Assembly (NCBI GenBank): GCA_003566635.1 | Contig: PXCK01000085.1 | Span: 1,241-65,240, forward strand | Source of the DNA: Balneolia bacterium | Lineage (GTDB): Bacteria; Bacteroidota; Rhodothermia; Balneolales; Cyclonatronaceae | Length of the DNA stretch: 64,000 nt | Direction: 5' to 3' | Part shown: in pieces, positions 59,101-64,000 of the stretch | Layout of the letters: every line of letters begins with the position of its first letter | How positions within the stretch are numbered: position 1 is the stretch's first letter | The notes under the pieces: model-generated | What the model was told of the DNA's origin: nothing | Database searches by the model: none | Seen by the model: the letters and a program-made list of their open reading frames with translations, nothing else | Translations under genes and position numbers: made by a program

Positions 59101-62100
59101 GGTTCCCCAATATAGCCACCGTTGCTCCGGGAGCAGCATCCCTTAGTATATCGCTTCGTTCATACTTAGTATCGACATCCGCTCCCTCAAAGTTTCGCAA
59201 CTGTTTCAACTCATTAAGGACACTTAATACCAAGTTGACACTATTTTCGTCAGGTTTCCATATTTCTTCGATATCTCTTTGATAGTTTTCATTTAGACTT
59301 TCACTATTGGGGCCAAAAACGTAGGTCGTATCTGTTGGGGTAATAGGCTGTCTAAACTCGTAATAACTATTCTCAAGGTTATTACCTAAACGAATAACTA
59401 CCTCCACATCGCCTCTTTCTGAATATCCTTCCCCATGCACAAACATTCTTAAGTTTGAGTAATTCACCAAACTTAGATTACCGGGGTAAATACGGCTTAT
59501 CATTCTAACATCTTGCGATCTTAGGTTTTGAACTGAAAGCACTATAGATTGTTCGTTATCAGCTACCTGCTCTTGCTGACCTCTTATCCTTGAACGAATA
59601 GCTCCCGGTGGCACTCGATAAGGAACAGGCTGACGTGATGCATTTTCTTCAATATTAATGGTTGAGACATCGAATGTAGTGTTTGGGTTTTCAAGATTTC
59701 CAACATTTTCAGCTTTACGCCACAGGTTACCTACAAACTCCATCGTTGCAAAGCGCAGGGTGAAGGGTTCCTTATAACCGGTCATCCACATTCGGATGTG
59801 GGTTACCCGTTGCAAATCCTCTATGGAACCAACCTGCCGCACAAAATCACGAATAGGAATTCTCACCTGATACCAGGGTAAATCGGGGTTTGCTTCTGTT
59901 TGAACATCTACGATATAGTTTTCCCCTACGCGTAGAGAAGTTGTATCAGCCGGGTTCATCCTAAACTCATATTGAAAAAATGCGTCTTCGGTATTAACTA
60001 CAGCCGGGTTAATCAAACCTTCTGTATCCGGACGACTGGTAATAGCCTGCTGGCTACCTTCAGATATAGAGTTCCCTTCCAAATATCCGTACATTCTGTA
60101 GAAACGCTCATGTAATGGCAGATTTCTTACGAGGTTATTACGGTAAAATATATATTCGTCATTACTGGGGTCGTTACGTATTTGTTCAACTCTGTCGGGC
60201 TGGTCTGCATAAGCTACTTCCATAGCAGCTATAAAGTCTGCAAAAAGTGTCTGCTCGTTAATCCCATTATTTCCTGTACTTGGCACTCCATCAAGACCAA
60301 CATCTTCTCTTGCAATATTCGCAACAGAAAATTGCCCATCAAACTCAACCGGTGTGTTTAGCACATAAGAACGTCCTTCGCTGTCAATACGAAGATTATT
60401 TTCTCGTTCAGCGAGTCCATCTTCGGTATTAAGCGTATTATTTGGAATTACATCTTCTGACACCGTACCAATATCAAAAATGATTTTTCCGTCGTAATTA
60501 GCAATATCTGCTGAAGTAGGCTGTCTACCATCAGGTAGTACGGGTTGAACCCAAAACTCAAGAAATTCTATATTTTGTTGAGTGAAATCACCAAGGCCAC
60601 CCGGAAGAACGGCTGTCATACCACCCCACATTTCATCTTGTCTGTTTTCGAGAAATTCCCTCAAATCCATATTGTAATTATATGGGCCACGTTCTCTTGG
60701 GTTGTAGTAAATATCTAATGTTTGAAGAATATTTTGATCTTGAGTACGTAGCTGTCGGTTTGGGAATACGTCCGTAATTCTAATAAATGCAGATTCGGGG
60801 AATTGTATTGCTCCGCGGTCTTCGGTACTTGGTATCATATACCAGGAAAACTGAGCTCTGCGGTCAGAACGATCAATTCGCAGATTGTTAGCCTGTGACG
60901 CATTTGACAAATCACTATCATAACCGGGTAAAGCATAAGGAGCTGCTGCTAGCGACCATCTGCCGGGATTTAAAAAGCTAATGGTAGATTTCGACCCTTC
61001 AAAATCATCAATAAATGCAAGTCCTCTTTCTTCATCTTCGAATAGCTCTCCCCTGTCAATTGCACGTTGCACGGCATTTGTTTGAGAAACTCCAGGTCTT
61101 AATTGCGCCCATTCACCGGTTATGTCAAATGATGATGGAGCACGAGTTGAAAGCAAAGGAACTGCATTTATAGCACGGGTTAACCAAGGGGCATCGAATC
61201 GGGCGCGACCATCAAAACCAATAATAGTATTATTAATAGGTTCATCTCCAATAGGAATTTTATCTTGTATAGGACGTTCCTTAAGTCTAAAATAGGTACT
61301 ACCAATACTAATGTTATCATTAAAATTATACTGGGCACGTACTCCGGTAAAGGTAGTCTGTTGAATCTGTAATATTTGATTACTTTCAAATTCAACCTCA
61401 ATATCCTGGCCGGCAGACAAATACTGCCGATTTGTAATTACAATATTCCCTAATACGTAATCAACCTGATAATCAACGTTTTCTGTTAACTCGATACCAT
61501 TAGCAGTAACCCGAACAGAACCCGGAACAAGAGCAATACCAAGGAAATAAGTATCAGACACTCCACCTCTGGTTGCTCCGCTTATTCGATATATTGCATT
61601 TTTAGAACTTTGGCCTGCATTGTTAGCTCGTGATGTGTACAGTTCTGTAAAGGCATAACGATTTATGGCGTCATCTTTGGCATCGGGAGAAAGATTACTT
61701 GCGTTAATTACATCAATAATTCGTTGCCCAAAAGGCTGTAGATAGGGGAATATAATACGTCCGTTTACCGGATCAAGCGTGGGTGTATTAAAGTCAATTT
61801 CATTGTTAGGTTGTGTATTACCCTGTTGATCAACCCTATCCAGTCCTAATGATTGAAGTAATATATTGTTCAACCCCGGTATATTGACCTGATCTACAGT
61901 ACCACCTGTATAAAAAATATCTAACTCGAGATTGTCACGTGTAAGGTTGGTAGTATTTAACGAGTAAATATTACGCATTGTTAACGGCCATGCCCTACTG
62001 CTTGGACTTGTGTTTGAGGGGCGTAATAACTTCATGAACAAGCGTTGGTTATCCCCTTGATTTGGATCCCCAACATAAACAATATTTCCGGCAAGATCTC

Positions 62101-63526
62101 TGTAACTATAAGAAACAGCCAATGCCTGTCGCTGGTCTAATCGGGTTCGTAATGATATGAAACCCAAACTTTCGTTAACCTGGTAATCAATTCCTCTTCT
62201 TAATGGAATAAACTCACCCACTTCATATTCATCGGATGAAACACCTAAATCATCAGACGAAACACCAACAGTAGGGTCTCGAAACTGTTCCAAAAAGCCG
62301 GGGTCAAATGGATCTAAATCTTCATTAGGTCTCTCGTAAGTGTCTCCAGATAAAACACTTCCATAATCTAATAAAGCAAGAACATTTCGCTGCCCCTCCT
62401 CTACGGTACTGGTAATTTTCTGAACATAAACATCAATGTTTATAATCTCTAGAATTCTACCCGAATAAAAAGGATCACTCATTAACCGTTCATATTCCTG
62501 AAGGGTATAAAAATCGAGAAAAAAGTGGCGGTCATCTTCGTAGGCATTTGGTGCAACGCTTATTATTTGTTCCTGAGAACCTCCGGAAATGGTTTCTGTT
62601 TGTGAATCACCTTCTTGCTGAGATATAACCGTTGTTACTTCCAGAGCCCCAAGTCGGGCTTTTGCTTTAATTCCAAATAGTGCACCACCACCCCTAATCA
62701 AACTGTTTCCTGTTTCCATAGAAACATTACCCAGCTCGATCGATTGAATAATCTCGTCTTCATATCCTGTATAAAGAATATTTAATCGGTTCTCATACTC
62801 AAATGCACGTTCGGTATCCCAATCGGTTGAAATAGTTAGCTTGTCACCAATTGTACCGGAAATATTTAGCTTAAGATTTTGATCGAATTTGGGGTCTACC
62901 CTCTTTCGCTGATCAGCGGGTAGAGCAGGGTCTTCCGTTTCAGAGATAGATACCCCAATATTCATATTTGCAGAACCTGTTACACGCAGATTTACTTCAG
63001 GACGACCAAATATGGTTGTAAATGCCGATCTCTGTCCACCCGGTATAGTAATTCTAAAATCAAGTAAACCTCTACGGGATTCACGCTGTAATTCTGCCTC
63101 TTCAATAAATCGTATAAAGTTATCTCGTTTAACGTGCCTTTTATGTTCGGCTTTGAACTCTTCAAAACTGAACGTTCTGGGATACCCAACAGGAATATTG
63201 TGAATTGTTCTCGATACAACATAATTACCGGTAGAATCTTTTTGCACTTCGGTTCTATCGGCGTTTGATTGTATTTGAAGAATACGAGGGTGATACCTGA
63301 AAAATGGCTCCGGCATTAGCGGACTGCGAGGCATAGGGAGTACACTTACGGAATCCTGAGATGGAATTGTAAACTCCCCTGTTAATTCCGGTTCTTCGTC
63401 GGTATCAAAGTCATCAAAATCTGTTTGCTGACTAAAACCGGATGTAAAACCGGTGATTCCTGTAATGAACGTAGACATTACCAGAACCAGAACTGTAAAA
63501 CACGTCTTCTGTTTGATAAAACGCAC
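56126..63526 (-). CDS. sprA: T9SS outer-membrane translocon SprA (Sov)
   Basis: 2466 aa, GTG start and a signal peptide. The size and characteristic blocks (LNISGTIGDKLTISTDWDTE, IELGNVSM, LFGIK) match the cell-surface protein SprA family. Confidence 0.88.
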   Translation of the reverse strand: MRFIKQKTCFTVLVLVMSTFITGITGFTSGFSQQTDFDDFDTDEEPELTGEFTIPSQDSVSVLPMPRSPLMPEPFFRYHPRILQIQSNADRTEVQKDSTGNYVVSRTIHNIPVGYPRTFSFEEFKAEHKRHVKRDNFIRFIEEAELQRESRRGLLDFRITIPGGQRSAFTTIFGRPEVNLRVTGSANMNIGVSISETEDPALPADQRKRVDPKFDQNLKLNISGTIGDKLTISTDWDTERAFEYENRLNILYTGYEDEIIQSIELGNVSMETGNSLIRGGGALFGIKAKARLGALEVTTVISQQEGDSQTETISGGSQEQIISVAPNAYEDDRHFFLDFYTLQEYERLMSDPFYSGRILEIINIDVYVQKITSTVEEGQRNVLALLDYGSVLSGDTYERPNEDLDPFDPGFLEQFRDPTVGVSSDDLGVSSDEYEVGEFIPLRRGIDYQVNESLGFISLRTRLDQRQALAVSYSYRDLAGNIVYVGDPNQGDNQRLFMKLLRPSNTSPSSRAWPLTMRNIYSLNTTNLTRDNLELDIFYTGGTVDQVNIPGLNNILLQSLGLDRVDQQGNTQPNNEIDFNTPTLDPVNGRIIFPYLQPFGQRIIDVINASNLSPDAKDDAINRYAFTELYTSRANNAGQSSKNAIYRISGATRGGVSDTYFLGIALVPGSVRVTANGIELTENVDYQVDYVLGNIVITNRQYLSAGQDIEVEFESNQILQIQQTTFTGVRAQYNFNDNISIGSTYFRLKERPIQDKIPIGDEPINNTIIGFDGRARFDAPWLTRAINAVPLLSTRAPSSFDITGEWAQLRPGVSQTNAVQRAIDRGELFEDEERGLAFIDDFEGSKSTISFLNPGRWSLAAAPYALPGYDSDLSNASQANNLRIDRSDRRAQFSWYMIPSTEDRGAIQFPESAFIRITDVFPNRQLRTQDQNILQTLDIYYNPRERGPYNYNMDLREFLENRQDEMWGGMTAVLPGGLGDFTQQNIEFLEFWVQPVLPDGRQPTSADIANYDGKIIFDIGTVSEDVIPNNTLNTEDGLAERENNLRIDSEGRSYVLNTPVEFDGQFSVANIAREDVGLDGVPSTGNNGINEQTLFADFIAAMEVAYADQPDRVEQIRNDPSNDEYIFYRNNLVRNLPLHERFYRMYGYLEGNSISEGSQQAITSRPDTEGLINPAVVNTEDAFFQYEFRMNPADTTSLRVGENYIVDVQTEANPDLPWYQVRIPIRDFVRQVGSIEDLQRVTHIRMWMTGYKEPFTLRFATMEFVGNLWRKAENVGNLENPNTTFDVSTINIEENASRQPVPYRVPPGAIRSRIRGQQEQVADNEQSIVLSVQNLRSQDVRMISRIYPGNLSLVNYSNLRMFVHGEGYSERGDVEVVIRLGNNLENSYYEFRQPITPTDTTYVFGPNSESLNENYQRDIEEIWKPDENSVNLVLSVLNELKQLRNFEGADVDTKYERSDILRDAAPGATVAILGNPSLDRITEIGLGVRNPHGGRREVDPTIDGYSARMLDENGSQGVPNLNAELWLNELRVSGFDNQRAWSGNVSARIQMADFATFNARFSHTQDGFGSLNSRMIDRRKSDETNYDLSTNISLHRFIPERYGWSLPLSLSTRSSISTPRFLPQEGDIRFDEFRTAIENEVEDPAERDRIIDERLREIQTRSDSYTINLNNWTKNNSRSFLGRYLLDPLTLGYNYTTSTASNPNNAYDDRWNYRASLAYSLTFRNIDTVRPLWFMENVPVLNVLSGLRFAYLPTSISTTQTIDRRYGETQRRSFGDQEPFQLQQTHQFAYVNTFSVNYDIMPPISLRFNNRSEFDLDPLSRSAFNADSTVYNLRSSFDVLNDAFFNPEIEMRHEFYSEDYSGSWRPRFQNIAPLSWLNYTFNYRGGFSWRNSPADRNLGATVSNQYSLDNTLNVRFQDLIRKVPFYDNFVKSLEDERRQRETRQRQRSEQREREREQRRIERERERAEARGEEYVEEPQQRQGQVRRMGQNQQQNDSQEIERYTIAENISFFARSLLAATVSMQTFDITYGNSRTSSQSGYAGGASFFSQFNDPTTDDNFSPTFLFRTGLDNRIPFAQLVQPEDENEIISLSKQENINNDMRIRTRITPFRDFSVDLDWNIRWRDNVQNSITVFPDSLNTQFTQSGEIETSVWAFGAGYSSFFRRQLQTAFNDLPNEGSEIIDSGDGDMVLSPNTIQSQFRASYLAGVGSTVDGKSYMPFPMPTWRVTWGGWERRIPFVRNYIQRMSFSHNYTSTYRLQWRFFPDEGNEVTRRIGDFTSVDFRNEFEPNNITLTRSFSPLVGLNLTFNNGLRTTANYNRTNTTSFSISNSNVLEQTSQSVSLQFGYSVRGFRLPFFRRFSNTLDLNLNLNYAEDVRLTYLLNNDLGEVLRGDPSEINRDVSQYQPGEPSERGDARITITPSIGYTFSDTIRMNFEYSYRQLIPRSSNVFARVDQDIVFNIVITIRS

Positions 63527-63789
63527 TAATCTTAAACTAATCTGCAGTAAGTGGGTGAATATTTCTTATAGACATCCGTTAAATAACGGCAAATCGATAA
63601 TTTGTAACGTTTCTTTAATAGGCCTAAAGTTTAAAATTAGCAGTGGAAGATGAATGAATAGCATGGATATTAAGCATTTTTTAGACTAATATACAATCGT
63701 ATTTTGCTTAAACCTGCAGTTTCGAGTATTGTTCCTCAAAATTTCAGTAACATTTATATTCCAAGCCATTACTTTTAATATCTTATTCG

Positions 63790-64000
63790 ATGAACTCCGC
63801 AAGGATTAAAAAATTACAACTCGATATCCTGAAAAAGCACGCAGGTCCTTTTCTGTTTTGTTTTTTAATTGTGATGTTTTTATTACTCATGCAGTTCCTC
63901 ATTCTGCACATCGACAATCTGGTTGGGAAAGGCATACCAACATTGGTGATTTTAGAATTAATTTTGGTGAACCTTGCTTATATGGTGGTTTTAGCGGTAC
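63790..64000 (+). CDS. LptF/LptG-family (YjgP/YjgQ) permease, N-terminal 70 codons (runs off the right edge)
   Basis: Hand translation gives MNSARIKKLQLDILKKHAGPFLFCFLIVMFLLLMQFLILHIDNLVGKGIP..., which matches the LDxYIlKeflgPFlf...GKGl pattern of the family. Confidence 0.6.
   Translation, partial: MNSARIKKLQLDILKKHAGPFLFCFLIVMFLLLMQFLILHIDNLVGKGIPTLVILELILVNLAYMVVLAV

Overview
64-kb AT-rich chromosomal segment from a bacterium with a type IX secretion system. Gene content looks like the Bacteroidota/Rhodothermota/Balneolota group, but the taxon cannot be fixed without a database search. I call about 57 protein genes, roughly 85% on the minus strand, and almost all are housekeeping. In coordinate order they are: dprA-obg-accD-tsaB; a secreted EEP-family nuclease/phosphatase; a TlpA-like thiol-disulfide oxidoreductase; an M23 peptidase; trmH; an orphan OmpR-type response regulator; an esterase; three hypothetical envelope proteins; apt, tadA, nadD, bamD; a polyprenyl synthase with type-2 IPP isomerase and an SDR; a long suf Fe-S operon (sufBCDS-sufU-nfu-A-type carrier-DUF2480); mfd; ftsH; thiL; an exbB/exbD/exbD module; a 1170-aa outer-membrane protein; rpsF-rpsR-rplI; a partial complex I cluster (nuoJKLM-pcd-nuoN); uppP; a MoxR ATPase; nadA; rpsA; a GH13 amylase; a DMT permease; the 2466-aa T9SS translocon SprA; and the start of an lptF/G-like permease. 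I found no rRNA, tRNA, CRISPR array, transposase, integrase or phage genes. Four things deserve follow-up. (1) The 1170-aa protein aligns by eye with the window's own SprA at N-terminal, central and C-terminal motifs, so it looks like a half-size SprA paralogue, and it lies directly upstream of a TonB-less ExbB-ExbD-ExbD motor module. (2) A ~225-nt non-coding element with 14-bp terminal inverted repeats occurs twice (1277-1503 and 14194-14418), with compensatory changes in an internal stem; each copy sits upstream of a small envelope-protein gene. (3) Two degenerate elements rich in CACA(A/G)(C/A)G motifs bracket the amylase gene. (4) A pterin-4a-carbinolamine dehydratase gene is embedded, with overlapping ends, between nuoM and nuoN. 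All functional calls come from reading motifs in the supplied translations; no searches were run.
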